From Camelus ferus (Eukaryota), in assembly GCF_009834535.1 (NCBI RefSeq), contig NC_045696.1:31808001-31872000 (forward strand): a stretch of DNA of 64,000 bases, in the 5' to 3' direction. Under the pieces are notes generated by a model. It did not search any database. It was not told where the DNA came from and worked only from the letters and a program-made list of their open reading frames with translations. The position numbers and the translations under genes were made by a program. Shown here in pieces: positions 1-14,620 of the stretch (its first letter is position 1; the number at the start of each line of letters is the position of its first letter).

Positions 1-699
1 AGAACCCTGAGGCAGTTGAGGCAGAAGCCAGCAATTTCAAAAGTGGGGACAGCTGAGGAGGCAGAAGCAGCAGCATTGCCTTTTCTTCTGGATTAAAATT
101 AAGGTATGAGTATGCATTTGAAATCACTAATCCACTGGCCGCCACTTCATTTTTGTTTCTCCAGACTTTCCAATAATTGGCAAGTATGTAATGCCTTGCA
201 TTAAATCCTTTTTTTCTTTGAAAAAATAAAATGTTTTCTGTTTTCTGGACCGTTATCCTGAATGAAATCACAAATAGGGAAAAGTGAAATTCTCCCAAGA
301 CAGGCCTTGGAAGGCTGTGTGTAATATTCCATTATCTCCATCTCAAGACTATACTTCTTTCCTTTCACTATATACTTGAAAGATGCCGTTCTTCTGCATA
401 AATTGTTGAAATGAGAGGATAAAAAAATACTATTTTGAGCATGAACTCTACACACATCGGTGGTAAAAGTGTTGGAACTTCAGTGGAAAGAGTATGGAGA
501 GTGAAGACTTTAAATTTGAGAGCATTTCCATTCTGCAGAGATAAACTTTAATCATTGAGCCTCTTGTTCTTTTGTTTTGGAAAATCATGAAATTGGACAG
601 TACATAGATATTTTTTTTACCAAGAATCCAGTTCTATGGAGACTTGTCTTTCCCTGACTTGACAATTTTTTAAGGCCATGTGGATAAAGTATGCCTGAA

Positions 700-1150
700 G
701 CCCTGATTTAAATGCCCAGGTAATAGATCCCTGACCCTGGTCTAAACATTCGGGGAGGAGTTTCATGATCTTGGCCACCAGTATGTTCAAGTATCATTCC
801 AATCAGAGTCTTTCCTTGAATTAGAATCGATGATATCTCTTTACTGGTATCAAAGGTTATAAACCTAGTAAATTTGGAACTCTGAAGGCTACCATGTACC
901 TATGTGAAGAGACTACCATGTATCTATGTGAAGAGACTAAGTCTGTGAACTAAGCCATGCCAAGATGAACAAAGCCAAGAGTAGGAGACAAAAAGCCAGT
1001 CCTAAATTAGTTTAAATCCTTGGATCCAGGTGTGCTTGGAGGGAATTTACACTGTATACTTTGCAGTAACATAAGCGTGTACGCTCTCAATTTGTTTTTA
1101 GCTTAAGTTTATACTAGGATTTGCAACATTAAAATTCAGTAAATCCTAAA
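700..1150 (+). mobile_element. Old ERVL-MaLR LTR (MLT1J/K-like), degraded
   Basis: Contains ccttggatccaggtgtgcttg and a 3' region (tttagcttaagtttatactaggatttgcaac...atcctaaaata) resembling recalled late MLT1 LTR 3' ends; boundaries approximate. Confidence 0.45.
889..939. repeat. 24-bp tandem duplication (2 copies, 1 mismatch)
   Basis: ctaccatgtacctatgtgaagaga (889-912) followed by ctaccatgtatctatgtgaagaga (913-936). Confidence 0.9.
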
Positions 1151-1979
1151 ATAGATCCATTCATTGGGTAAAAACTCTGAAGCCACATTAAATAAATGGC
1201 TTAGTTTGGAAAACTAAGTTTTCTGCTTGTTAACATGTATGTGTATGATCTTTTGCGGTTTTATAAACACTGTTGCTTCTCTAGGAAAGGTTTATTTTTT
1301 AAAACTATGGATTTAATCTGGTTTTCCTCTGGATAATATTGCCTGGGCTTGGAAAGTTTGTGTATAGTTTTGAGCCAGTTTTGCTCATAGGGTAATTACA
1401 ATTAGAATCCAAATAACCACTCAGAATGCATGCAATCTGTGTTTACCGGTGGTGAGAGGAGTAAGAGCAAAAACTGGAACTCCAGGTAGAGACGACATGG
1501 TATGCAGGGCTACCTCTGACAGAAGCTGCTCTGTTAAAAATAGGGAGAGAGGAATTCATCATGAAGCCATTCAAAGTTAGTAAAGTGGCTCTCAGAACAG
1601 TTATAGCTAACAGAAATTATATTATATTATAGTATCAATCTATTTTAATTTCTCCAAATGGTTTGTAAAATCTTGTTACATGTTGAGGCCTTGCCTTTGC
1701 CATGATTGTAGTAAAATATGAGCGAGTTCCAGGAAGATAAACAGAAATGCAATGTAACTATAAACGTAATGAGAGATACCAAAAATTTACAGTAACCAAT
1801 AACATGTAGAGTGAGCTCATAAGAAGAATAGAGACATTTCACTAGATTCAGAACTCAGTCTGACACAACAAATAATCCTGATCTGTGGTGGATCATTTTT
1901 CACTCCTTGGAATATCATAGGAATATTTTTGAAAAGAGGGACTTAGCAAAATGACTTCCTAAAATTCAAAACATAGAGG

Positions 1980-2852
1980 CTACTACACATTTACAAGATG
2001 GACAAATTAAAAAAAATTGATAAAATTGAAGGCTAATAAGGATGCAGAGAAATCGGATCACTCATACATTTCTGATAGAAACATAAAATTGTACAACCAA
2101 TCTGATATAATGTGCAGTTTCTTATAAAACTAAACATGTAACTATCATAGGACTCAATAATTGCACCCTTGGGCATTATTTTCAGAAAATTTATGTTCAC
2201 ACAAAAACCTGCATTGAAAAATGTTCATAGGAGCTTTACTTGCAATAGCTCCAAACTGGAATCAGCCCCTATGTCCTTTGATGGGATAATGGTATATCCA
2301 GTCTATGAAACACTACTCAGCAATAAATAGAAATAAACTCTTGATACATAAAAATGTTGAATGAATCTCTGGAGAATAATGCTAAATGAAAAATGTCATT
2401 CTTAAAAGATTATATACAGTATGATTCTTTCATGTAACATTTTTGAAATCTCAAATATTAAAAATATAGAATAGTAGTTGCCAGGCTTTAGGAACTGAGT
2501 AAGGGTTAGCGGGCTGCAAGGAGACAGGTATGATTATAAAAGGGTAAGGTGGTGTTGAAACTACTCAGTATCTTGACTATGGTGGTGGATCTATAACCTA
2601 CACAGGGTGATAAAATTGTATAGAACTTAGACACACACATACACACACAAAGTATAAAGATAAAACCGGAAAATTCTGAAGATGGGTGGAAGGTATCAAT
2701 ATCAATATTCTCTCTGTGATACTGTACTACAGTTTTATAAAATATTATCATTGGGAATAGCTGAGCAAAGTGTATAAGGAATCTTTTGTATTATATGTTA
2801 TAACTCCATGTGAATCAACAATTATCTCAGTAACAATGTCAATTTAAAAAAA
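1980..2852 (+). mobile_element. LINE-1 3' end, L1MC1/2-like
   Basis: ORF2-end motifs (aaggatgcagagaaatcggatcactcatacatt, cacacaaaaacctgca) and an L1MC-type 3' UTR (gtgataaaattgtatagaact, catgtgaatcaacaattatctc) ending in an A-tail. Confidence 0.8.
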
Positions 2853-5800
2853 TACTCTCTGGATCCTTAAAAAAATAGGGGTTTGTGTTTGTCATATATG
2901 TAGTAACAGGAATGAAACTTCATTGTAAAATTATAGGCAAGTGAAGTTTTAAATACTAGAGACAAATTTGTAAGTCTTTTTAATCCCTTCTGGAACAAAG
3001 TATCTTTTGACTTGAGTGGAACAGCTCATGACTTAAATAAACAATAAATTTTATTAAATCATATATTTTGTGGTATATGAGTGTATTTACTTTTTCTCTG
3101 AGATGCTAAGTTTTTCCACATCTGTTTTCAGGTAAATTCTTTAAAGAGTCCTATTACATAACTAATAAATTAGAAGGATTTATGTTTCTGGCTTAATCAA
3201 ACACTATCAGAAACAGGCTAGATAACTGTTCTCTCTTATTTGAAAAATCCAATTAGTTGATACAGTGAAAAAAAATGCTACTGACTCAGTATATCTGTAT
3301 TACACATAATGTTAAATTACTGTGGTAAAATTTGGAGAACTTTCTTTTGAAACTTTTTAATTATCCAAGACTACTTTATAGAATAACAGAACAAGAAACA
3401 AACAAAAAAATTGTTTTCTTCTATTCCTTGTTGAGTTCTTTTTAATCTACTTTTTTCCTCATTTTTTCTCCTTTTTCTTAGGTAATTTTTTAAAATCAAA
3501 ATTAAATTCAAAATATTCATATCAAATACTGCATTTTATATACTCTTAAATAATATCAATTACACTTTCACCTTCATGAATCCTTCTCCGATCATCTCAG
3601 TTAAAAGCAAAACTTCCTTATTTGGAAGCTTTATAGTTTATAATGCCAAATATCTTGTTTGACACTTAAAATTAAATATCTTTTGTTATTAATCTTACAT
3701 GTAGTGTCTGCCCTTAGGACAGTAATTAGGTCTAATTATTTCCTGGTTTCTTTAATTTCAATATTATGAGTTTATTCAACAGGAGCTCACTAAATAAATG
3801 TTAGTTGATATTGGACCAAAATTCACATCTAAGAAACAAAAGAAATCAAAATACATATCTTCCTAAACAAAAAGCATATGAATACGTAGATCTTCTTCAC
3901 AGTATTCCAGGCATATATCAGATCCTTATATTTAATATAAATAATCCATCTCCAGGCCACACATGCACAGTTTATGCTTTGTAAATAGCCACTCGAGCTG
4001 GATATTGAGCTTTTCCAAATTTCTGGAAGTAGATCAAACACTTCACATTTCAGGACTTTAAGGTCACTTCTTCCTTTTTCTAAAGTATACTTAAAAAGTG
4101 AAATACAGAAGAGAAAGGGAAATACCATTCATATTGCTGTGTCTCAGTCTCAAAAACATTGGGAATGATTTTTCATAGAGACCAATGTTTAAATTGTGAC
4201 TAAGCTTTAAATGATAGTCTTACTCTATTTCAGTGGCATTATAAACCATAAAGACTTCTTATGTATAATTCTGAGAGATGAACTAAGATATAAAATATAA
4301 AATAAAAATGTTTCTTCATGTGTTTCAAACAACTGACTTTTATCAGAAATTTTGATGCTCAGACCTTTGGTGAGTTTGGGACTGCCTATGCTAAAATTCC
4401 TCCCATAGTTTCACTATTAAGGATATGGGTAACTGGACAAAAGTCCAAATGAATTTTAAAATATGGCTAAATGTTCTAAAGATAGTAATGTCAGTTATAT
4501 GACGTTTTAGAAGAAAGAAACACCTACTAAAAAGAGTCTTCATTTTGACCTCCAAGTATTTGAGTAACTTTTACAGACAATGGTAATCACATACCTTACT
4601 ATCCACTGAAGCTTCAATGAGGGTCAGCTGGGTACAATTTTAGCTAACTATTCAGACAGAAAAAACGACCATGTATCTCAAGATTTCAGTATCTCAAGGG
4701 ATATCTGGGGTTGAAGTCTAAGGCAACATGCTTCACTGGGAATCAGAAAATCTAAAGACTTTGGAGAGGAAAAGAAGTAGAGAGGGAGAAATTATCCATT
4801 ATTGTGGAATTCTTAGTGCTTTCTAGAAAGATCTTGGATCATTTTGTAATGTCTCCCTCAAGTATGATTCCATGCAATTCCTTTGACTTCTTAAACTCTC
4901 CTCCTGAATTTTCAGACGCGTTAATTTCTTCTTCAAAATCTATTTTTAACATTCACTTTTATTTAATCATGTCAGTTTCTCCCCTTGAACCCAAAGGTCC
5001 TTGGAGGGGTCCATAATCCATGACAATATAAAATGGAGTGAATGCCAGATAAGTCCCTCTTGAGTAAGTCATCTATTTTCACATGTTTATTGTCTGCTTT
5101 GTTAGATCAAATCAAGTCTATGAAATGTTTCACACTGATGCCTCTCAATAAATGTTTAGTCTGATCATCCCTGGCACCAATATTAATTAAAGGGGCTTTG
5201 TAACAACTGTTTGCAAAATGTTTTGAAATGCTCAGATGATAGTTGTATAAAATGTATCACAATGATTAATATTTATTACTTGTTTAAAAATTTATATGGT
5301 AGGTATCACTTTAGAATTTAGACACTTTGACAAGGATACTATGTCTATTTCTTAGGTCAGCGCATGCCCAGGGATAAGACACTCTATGCAACTAGGAAAA
5401 TGTGGCTTTAAACATGACTTGGAATTTTTAAGAGTAACACACCTGTCCTTTAGCCATCTGATTTTTTCACTCATCTTTACTCTCTACTTCCTCCCAATTT
5501 TTTTGTGACACTTACACTCAGTGTCACCAGTTCACTTTGTTCTGGCTCTTTTGACACCTCTGCCTTCTCTTCCTTGTTCCATCACTCTTATATTTATGTT
5601 CACTTCTGAATCATACCCAGATACCCTCTCTCTTTCTGATACACGTATTCTATTCTCCTATTTTACTTCCACATATCTTCTACTGTATTTTAAACACATT
5701 ACTATTGGGTAGGGGATTTATTTCAACATAAAACATGATGATTCGAGAAATGAGGGTCTATTCCATTTGATAATTGTACATATGGGAAATTTCAGCGATT

Positions 5801-6329
5801 AAGAAATATTTTCTGGAAATATTTTCTGTAGGTTTTCTAAAGACTATTCTCAGAAAAGTAATATACTCCAGGAATAGATAAGTACTGCTTTTCTTCTGTA
5901 GGAATGTAACTCAGAGAAGATAAAAAGACAAAAGTAAGCATAGCATAGTAATTCTATTTTACATCAATAATCTCACTACAAATAATGAGCTCCATGAAAT
6001 TTGCTTTTCTTTTCCAAATGTACTTACTGAATTTTTTAAACTTTTATGGAATACTAAATTATTTTCCTGGGATCAGCACAGAAATCTCAGGGACTTCTAA
6101 GAAAAATTAATTTCTACTCTTAGAGCACCTTAAACCAAATGATCAAATGACAAGAAGGTCTCAAAGTTGTCTCAGAAACTAAATATTTTGAGATGAGTTA
6201 TATATCCTCAAATATTTAGGCAGCATATGGAAAGCAAGAAATTAAATTGACTCCACTGGCTCTATTTCTCAATGAACATGGATTATTTACCCTATAAAGT
6301 ACTGAAAAAACAACAAGCTTGAACAATTT

Positions 6330-6333
<4 letters not shown>

Positions 6334-6368
<35 letters not shown>
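6334..6368. repeat. (TG)n microsatellite, about 17 units
   Basis: Read directly from the sequence. Confidence 0.95.
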
Positions 6369-6370
<2 letters not shown>

Positions 6371-6483
6371 CAGTCAGATATATCCTATTCTGACTTGATG
6401 ATCATCTGTCCACATTACATAGAGTATCATGACATTTTAAAAATACTTTGATGATTTATGTCAGTGAAACAGCATGTATCTAG

Positions 6484-6608
6484 TTTATTTTTTTAACATT
6501 TTTTATTGATTTATAATCATTTTACAATGTTGTGTCAAATTCCAGTGTTCAGCACAATTTTTCAGTTATTCATGGACATATACACACTCATTGTCACATT
6601 TTTTTCTC
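6484..6608 (-). mobile_element. Very short young L1 3' end, camelid-type
   Basis: T-rich tail followed by aacattttttattgatttataatcattttacaatgttgtgtcaaattccagtgttcagcacaatttttcagttattcatggacatatacacactcattgtcac, matching my recollection of the camel/alpaca L1 3' terminus. Confidence 0.7.
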
Positions 6609-9600
6609 AAGATAAGTCTGATCATATCTTGATATACATGTTTCTATCATCTAAATGATCTTTTAGATCATTCTATCTAAAAAGTCATCAAAATTTATAT
6701 TTAGAATGGTAAAGCCAGAACATAGAGAAAATTTTCTTCAAAAAGGCTCAATTTGATAAAAATAGTACCCTGTTTGACTCTTCTCAAAAACCTGGAGAGA
6801 AGAAAATGAGGTCTAAGGTAATACATTTGCTAATGTTTGAGGAATTAAGCAAAGATTTTAGATCGTGATGTAAACATTATCTTACCAGCTGAATTCAATT
6901 TCTATTTCATGTTCCATTGAAGACTATCATTTGACCTTAACAATTAGAAAACTTATATAATTTCTCTACAAGATATGATTAGATATGGTCAATTCTAGAT
7001 TTGTTTCCTCAATGAGATTAGTAATAAACAACACAATCCCTTCAAAGTAAATTCATTTATGAAACATCAGCCAAGCATTTTACATTCATTCCATGCACAG
7101 TTTTGATAACACCTATTATTGTCCTTAGTTTTGGTAAAGTCTAGAAGTACTGCATCAGTCTATATCAATCTATACTATAGTGTAAATTTAAAGTAATTAT
7201 GAGGCCACTGGGGACTTAGATTAACTATCAACACCTTAATTATGACTGAAAAAACAATAATTTAGTTATTTGCCATAACTAGTATATATAGAAAATGGAT
7301 TTATGTTTCACTAGTGGAGTAGGTGAGCAAGCCCATATGTGAAAATTTAGACTAATTATACGAAAAGGTTAAGAAATCATTAACACTTGACTTCAAGGTG
7401 AATTTTCACAAACAATTTAAATAGACTTTAAAGATACAGTATTTTTGCATTAGAAATTTGAATTCATTTTTATTTCCAGTTTAGAAAAATAAAAGTGGTT
7501 GAGCAAATGTAATTTATATCTTGAACTTTTCATTAACATCAGGCATTATTTTATTATCATCATGAGACAGCTGTTACACAAAATTAAGGAATCAATTCTT
7601 ATGATATGAATGATAACAGTTATTCTGTAGTAGATGATAAAAATCATTGAAGAATGAAGTCAATGATTCTTAAAACAGCAATCTGCAAGTTTTCAAATTG
7701 CATAGCCTATTGTGCAGTTTTTATTTTAATTTGTTTTTGCATCTCTAGGTGTGATAGCAATTAATTGCATATACTTAATAACATGCAAGTAAAGATTAGA
7801 ACTGCACTGTGCATTGAAGGAACTCTATTTTTTACAAACAATTGACAGAGTAGTTATACTTGCACCCCATAAATTCTGTATTCCAATCCATTTTTACCCA
7901 CATATTTTAAAATTTCACTTCTGCCCTTTTGTCATTATTTGATACCCTATTCAGTAATACTCTGCCTGAACCCAAAGGGCCAAAGCAGTCAAAACATCTT
8001 TAACTTAAAAAAAAAATCCTCTAATTGAACAATGCTAAAACACTGAGCCCTCTACTACATTATCAAGAGTTTATCAGCCATACTGTCAAAAACTGTATTG
8101 TGTTCTCTTTACTAGTTTCTGCACTTCCAAATGAAGGGGCTTCTTTGTGATAAAGTGAGTTAGGGATTATATTCTGTAAAAACCACTATGGGCGATGGAC
8201 GCCTAAGTGATCTCCTGCTGCTGGCCTTGGACTGTGAAGCAGCTGAGAATACTAACAGCAACAGAGCAGGAGCAGTTTTTGCTAGTTTAAGCTCATGCCA
8301 GTCTCTATTGAAGTAAACAGGGATTTGATGGATGCAATGATCTGTCTGCTCTCCACAAGCAGAACATAAAACTTATTTTAAATTGTTTACCTTCTTAGAT
8401 TTCATCTGAAATCCTGAATGGACTGTGACTGAACTGATGATAATATTGGAATATGACTTTGAGGCAAACAATTAAACTAGCACACAACTTCTTTACTCTG
8501 CTTTGTCAGTTATCATCCCCACAGAATTTACTGGAAGCAAAATGAAATTTTAAAAGAGAAAAATGAAAACAAAACAAAAAAAATGGTCAAGGAAGACCTA
8601 CTGCTTCAAATCAGGGATGACAGAGAATATAGCAGTTTGGGCTGTAGAAGCAGCATTTAGGGCCCTAACATAACTGCTGATTTTCACACCATATTCTATC
8701 AGTATAAACGTGCCTGGGATGTGCAGTACTTTGCAGTCATTGACTCTTCCACAGAGAAAAACTGTTTCAGATTCTCTCTTCTGTGGAGATCTCCTCTCTA
8801 GAATTCACAAAATGCATTCTTGTTTTAAAGATTAAGCATTTATTTCTCTTCCGTTTTGCTACTGAATAATAGTTACATGGTTTGGTCTAGAAATGGCATC
8901 CCTGGAGTGAATCATTGTAATGGTAACTAATGTGAAAAGTTGATTTGCAGATTTCTGTGCATCAAATGCTCATTTCATGGCATTAACACAAAACATTCCT
9001 TCCAGCATAAGAAGAATAGAGGACTGACGTTTCTAGAGACTGAAGTGTTGAAATTGTTATAAGGAGAAGAACTAGGCAATAAAACTACTTCTCACCAGTG
9101 CCTTCATATCTGTTTGATTAGCCAATCTGGCACCAGTTGAACAGCTTCATGCTCATGTGGCAACTGTCAAATATCAGGGACTTAGTTTAGGAGGGCCAAA
9201 ATACGGGGCATGGTAATCTTACCAATCAGATTTGCCTCAGTGATAACCAAAGTAATGTGTGTATGGAACTGCAGCTTTTCCTTGTATGTCCCTTTACAAG
9301 TGCAGAAATTCTTCTAGAAATCACTCCTACCTACCTTTCCCTCCCTCTTTATGACCGTTGTCCACTCAGTAATATATGTGTATCTCCGCTGCTCTAAACC
9401 CAAGTCTCTCAAACCCATGCCCTCTCTCCATTTTCTGATTTCTCCCCTTCCCAAGCCATGTGTGGATCTTGACTTCCCAACCTACCCAAGAGAAAAATCT
9501 CATTTCCAGCAGTCTTCCATTGGGAATGCTCTGATGAACCATTGAAACTAAGTTATTAATGACAGGTAAGTCTTAATATGTCAAGTAATAAACCTCCTAT

Positions 9601-12600
9601 CCCAAATTAATAAGAAGGAAGAAGATGAAGGTGCTATATTTTGAGGCAGTATATTTTCTTTTATGCCCCTCAAATGTCACCACATCATAAAGGAAGTGTG
9701 TTCTTCTCTCATTTGAAATAGCCCTTCGAAGAGGATTTTCTTAAAAGGAGTCTATGGAAACAACATGCATTCCAAGGGGATGAGGACAATTCCCCTGGAC
9801 GCCTATACTGTACTCTCTTAAGGACTGATTAAGGCATTTCATCTTTGCTTCTGGTAGAAGGTGATACATAATATCAAGGTGATAGACATCTGCTAAAGTA
9901 TTTTTTCTTGTATAAGGCAAGATAGCAAAGAATTTGTCCATAAGAATGAATAATACTAATTCAAATTATAGCTTTTGTTTAATTATATGCCTTTTCCTAG
10001 AACCCTCATTGGGGTCATTTCTAGCAACTGCTATCTTTATGTTGTAGTGCTAAGAGATATACATAAGACCACAGACTTATGGATAGACATGATTTTTAAG
10101 CCCAGGTATTTCTCAATTAATCCTGATATACTAGCCTAATGTTAGATGATAGTAGATGACAGATGCCTGAAACTTCTCTAGTCACCTCTGTGTACCACAC
10201 AAGAGATACTCCTTAAAACAAGTATCACTGAGATAGAGGCTTGTCACTACAAAAATCAGTTTAATGTACGCTATGAAAATGTTGTTCTCACTCATCCTAA
10301 GCCAGTGCTAAATGTGATACTGATATATACCATAAATATAACACCTTATATTTGTATAGTGCTTTAGAGTTTTCAGAGGTTGAATATTACCTTATTTGAT
10401 CCTGACAACTCCAAAGTATTTAAAAAACTAAATATATAAAGTTTAATGGGTTACACAATGACCTAAGTTTTGTAGAGCTAGTAAATTGGAGACTATCTTA
10501 GCCTGAAAAATGTATCTTTAGGTTATAATTTAGCATTTTGTTGTGTTTCTTATAAACTCTTAGTATATGAACAGAGATAAAACATATAAATTTCATAATT
10601 AATAAGCAAAGCAAAAATAGGTCTAGAACCCAGATTTTCTAATTCTTTACTCAAGTGCTCATTAAGCTCCCTATGTGCTTCCTGCCAAGACACTCCAACT
10701 CTTAATTAAAACAAACCATCCCTAGCATCAATCCAGCATCCAAAGCTGCCAATATTGCCACTATGTGATATGTGTGCCAAAATGTTATCAATGACTGTGA
10801 ATTTGGACATGTGGCCTCTTGAATTATCATAAAGTATTCATGAAGCTCTTACAGAGTTCATTGGCATTGTTTTAGGCCCCACTGAGGAAAGTGCACTTTT
10901 CTCTGTTAGAAGATTCATAAAATTCAGTGACCATCAGATAATAATTATTTCCAGTCTTCACTAACATTGCATCTGTAATGGGAACAGGAGAATGTTCAGG
11001 CTAAAATCTGAAGCAGATAGTGAAAAAAATACTATTTTATTAAGTATACGTCTCCAATTAGATTTTTTCTTAATTATAAGTTATACTATATGAAGATTCT
11101 AATCACTTAGTTTTTTTCCCATAATCTAACATTGCTTTCTAAAACTAATCTGTTTGAAGAATTAAACATAGCTTTCCAAATATAATAGTATCTATAATTT
11201 GCATAACTTTTAGATATTCACCCCCAAAGTACTTATATTTATTATTTTTGTGTTTAATATAAATTTCAATGCTGAAAGTGAGGTATTACTGTAACAATTT
11301 CATAGATGGAGTTGGAGGAATTAGAGAACTTGACCATCTCCCAACAGCTAGATAATGACAGAGAAAATCTTGAAAAATCAAATCTTAATTCAAAAATTCA
11401 TGTTTTCATAAGGTTTTTGGAGATTACACAGTATTTGAGCACATCAATTGCTGACTTGAGACAATTCTTCCACTAGCAGAAAGCTATTGTAATTGAGGAA
11501 TGTAAAACCAAATGTCAGGCATGTCCAGTAACAAAATTAGAAAAAATACAGACATCGCTTATTGCCACTTTCATCTTACTCCCAAAGAAACATGCACTGG
11601 ATGATAATTATGCTTTTGGGTATATCTTCCAAGAAGTAAAATTGTCAACCTATTTCACGATGGGTTCTGTTAAAAAAACAAAAACACCAAGGAGACACTA
11701 CTTCAGTATGGGCTAGTCTAACGTCACTGGATGCTTTGTATGCTTTCAGAAGCTCATATAAAGCAAGCGTTTGTTTTTAATCCAACACATCTCAAATCAA
11801 ATGGTCAGGTTTTTTCCCCTAACATGTATTATGTGAAAGTTTGATCATAAATTCTTCTTATGAAAACTGCAAGTAGGAAAATAACCCTCTTTCTATTCCT
11901 TATCAACTAGAGAACAGTCACATGACATATGCTCTGCCAAAGATATAGAGATTATTCATGACAACACTAGCAGTGGGAAGAATGATGAGAATTCAGGAAC
12001 AACTGAATCCAGTGACAACACAAATAAGTGGTTATACAACAAATAGGTAGTGTTATCGACAATGGTAGCACACTAAGGAACACCTTGTTGTGGCAGAATT
12101 TGGTTGATTTTAGCTTCTTGGTGCCTGCTAAATCTGTTATCACCAATAAATTATTGTTTCTGAAGTAAATTAATTTTTGAACCAATGAAGTTGACTTCAG
12201 TAGTTTGTTTACAGTTTGCAAATGAGGTTTCTGAAAAATTAGGAACTAGATGATAAAAAATGGTATGCCTGTATGTGCATACATGCTTTCTTCCATGTTT
12301 TGGTATTATGTGACTGTCTATAGTACATAGATTAGATGGTGAGAAATTTGTTTAGGTTCATTCATTCTTCGATTATAAAATACATTTTCAGCATGTCCTT
12401 GTTAATGCTGTTTCTGTTGAAAAGAATAGAAAACAATCTGAGTTAGTCGTTTGTGAACAGATCCACAAAACAAAGGATCACCTTTGGGTAGGAGAGACTT
12501 ATTCCCTGAAATAAGATGGTGGAAAGTAAAAGTAGAGGTAGATGTAGTTATTTTTGAAATGAAGAGGCAGATAGCTAAGAGTGTTGATATGCCGTGGCCC

Positions 12601-12779
12601 TTTATCTCATAGGGGATTCTTGATAGATAAGACAGAGATTTGAGCTCTGGGCCTCTACTTCTCTGCTTTGAATGTTAGACATGAAATGAGAAAAATGTCA
12701 AAGATCCCTGTTTTTACAGGAATAATTGAAAGTATGACCTTGCTATTGTAGGTGCTAACATGACAAGCTTGATTATCTC

Positions 12780-13712
12780 CCTCTTTCTCTTGAGTCATCA
12801 ATTTATCTCCCTCTCTTGAATCATTCTCATCAGGGAAGAAACATGCATTACTATATCGATTTTAAAAACTCTTTTTCCCACGTGCCCTCTAGCCACTATA
12901 CTTTCTTTTTATCAAAAGATCCAAATAGTTGTCTCTCCTCACTGCCTGTACTTTCTTAGTTCCTATTCTCTCTAGTCTGAATTTCTTCCAGAACTTTCCC
13001 CTAATTAATCTTATCAAATCACAAATGACTGTCATGTTGTCAAATCCCATGGTCTCTCCTGAGTCTTCATCTCTATCAACCCATCAGCAGCTCGACACTG
13101 TGATCACTCCTATAGGAAGAGGAGGAGGAGGAAGAGAAGGACAAGGGAACAAAAAAACCTAGAACTCTTAGTATGGCATACAGACTGGGTCCTATAGATC
13201 CAGGCTCACTCCCTTCCTATCTCTTAATGCTCATTTCTGACCACTATTCCAAGTTTCATACCACTCCACTCTCACTGGTTTCCATACTGCTCCTGGTTCT
13301 GCCTTAGGGACCTCAGAATTCTGTTGCTTCTTTCGTACTATTCATCACCCAGAGATCGGCATGACTTATTTCCCTACCACTTCTAGGTCTCTTTTAAATG
13401 TCACCTTATCAGAGACTTTCCCTGAAAACTATTTGTAAATAGTACAATTGTAGCACATATCCCCAAATTATGTCTATCCTATTTCTCATTATTTATTTTC
13501 CATAAGCTATTACCATCTGAAATAATTTGGTTATGGTGAGCTCATCTTCTAGAATGAAAGCTGTACAAAAGTAGAAACATATTTACATATTTTTTTTAGT
13601 TGTAGGATTTCCAATGCCTAGAACAATGCATTTCTCCATTGGAACACAGTAATAACACAAAAGCATAGTAAATCAACAATAAATTCTTACAAAATGCATA
13701 AAGGAATGAATG
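12780..13712 (+). mobile_element. LINE-2 (L2a-like) fragments
   Basis: L2 motifs catgttgtcaaatcccatggtc, cagcagctcgacactgtgatcactcc, aaatgtcaccttatcagagactttccctga, caatgcctagaacaatgc and terminal gaatgaatga. Confidence 0.75.
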
Positions 13713-13889
13713 ATAGAATTTATTTGAACTCGTGATTTCAATGAACTTTGAACAATCAGTAAGGACAAAAATAAGATGTCACTTCACTAATGAAGCAAAA
13801 ATGATTTTTAGAATATGATTTTCCTATAATTTTTAATTTGTTAATTTATATTATTTGATAAATAATATAATTCGTATAATTGATAAATA

Positions 13890-14620
13890 TTTAAATTGTT
13901 TATAGGTTTTTGTTTTATACTTAGCTGTAGTAAACATCTTGAAATACCTCTTCATAAGCATCTCAAATTTTTATACTATAAATTCTAAAAAGTGGAATTG
14001 CTAGTCAAAGGATTTGAAGATTTATAAGACTCTTGACAAATATTACCAAATGCCCAACAAGAAATTTTATTAATTTCTTCTCCCACTAAAACAAAATTAA
14101 AATGCAAGTTTCATTCACCCCTGGACAACTCCATGAATTACTATTAAAATCAATGCAAAAATAAAACAAAATAAATGTATTAATATAAGAGGTAGCAACC
14201 TCATTTTTTCCATTTTACATTATTAATGAGATTGGACATTATTTTTATTTTTCTGAAGATTTTTATATATTTTGTGATTTTTCTTCATCATTGTTTATTT
14301 TAAGGGCTTGTTCATCTCTATTTTATCTTCCCTAGACTTTGTTCTGCAAATATTTTTACATTCTTTCCCAGTTTACCTTTTGAATTTTATTTATGATATT
14401 GACATGTATATGATCATGTGTCCATATTTTCTTTTTTGTTTATTTCACTCATTTAATAATTAGTCTTTTTCCATTCTAAGATTTTTTGTGTTTTTTTGTT
14501 TTCACAATTTAATCTTTAATCCATGTAGAAATTATTTTAAGTATATTATAAAGCAAGTCTTATTTTTCTCCAAATAAACCAACTACTAGAAAACAAGTTA
14601 CTAAATAATCCCTCATTCCC
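13890..14620 (-). mobile_element. Ancient L1 (L1ME-like) fragment, antisense
   Basis: aaaagtggaattgctagtcaaagg, tattaccaaatgcc and tttaatctttaatccatgtagaaattatttt are typical of reverse-oriented old L1 ORF2/3' regions. Confidence 0.5.

Noticed and set aside
8749..8788. Imperfect hairpin tccacaga...tctgtgga as a pre-miRNA
   Set aside because: The stem is too short and interrupted, and I recognise no mature miRNA.
9563..9571. Perfect splice donor CAG|GTAAGT
   Set aside because: An isolated motif with no convincing coding exon or partner exons; expected by chance in 64 kb.
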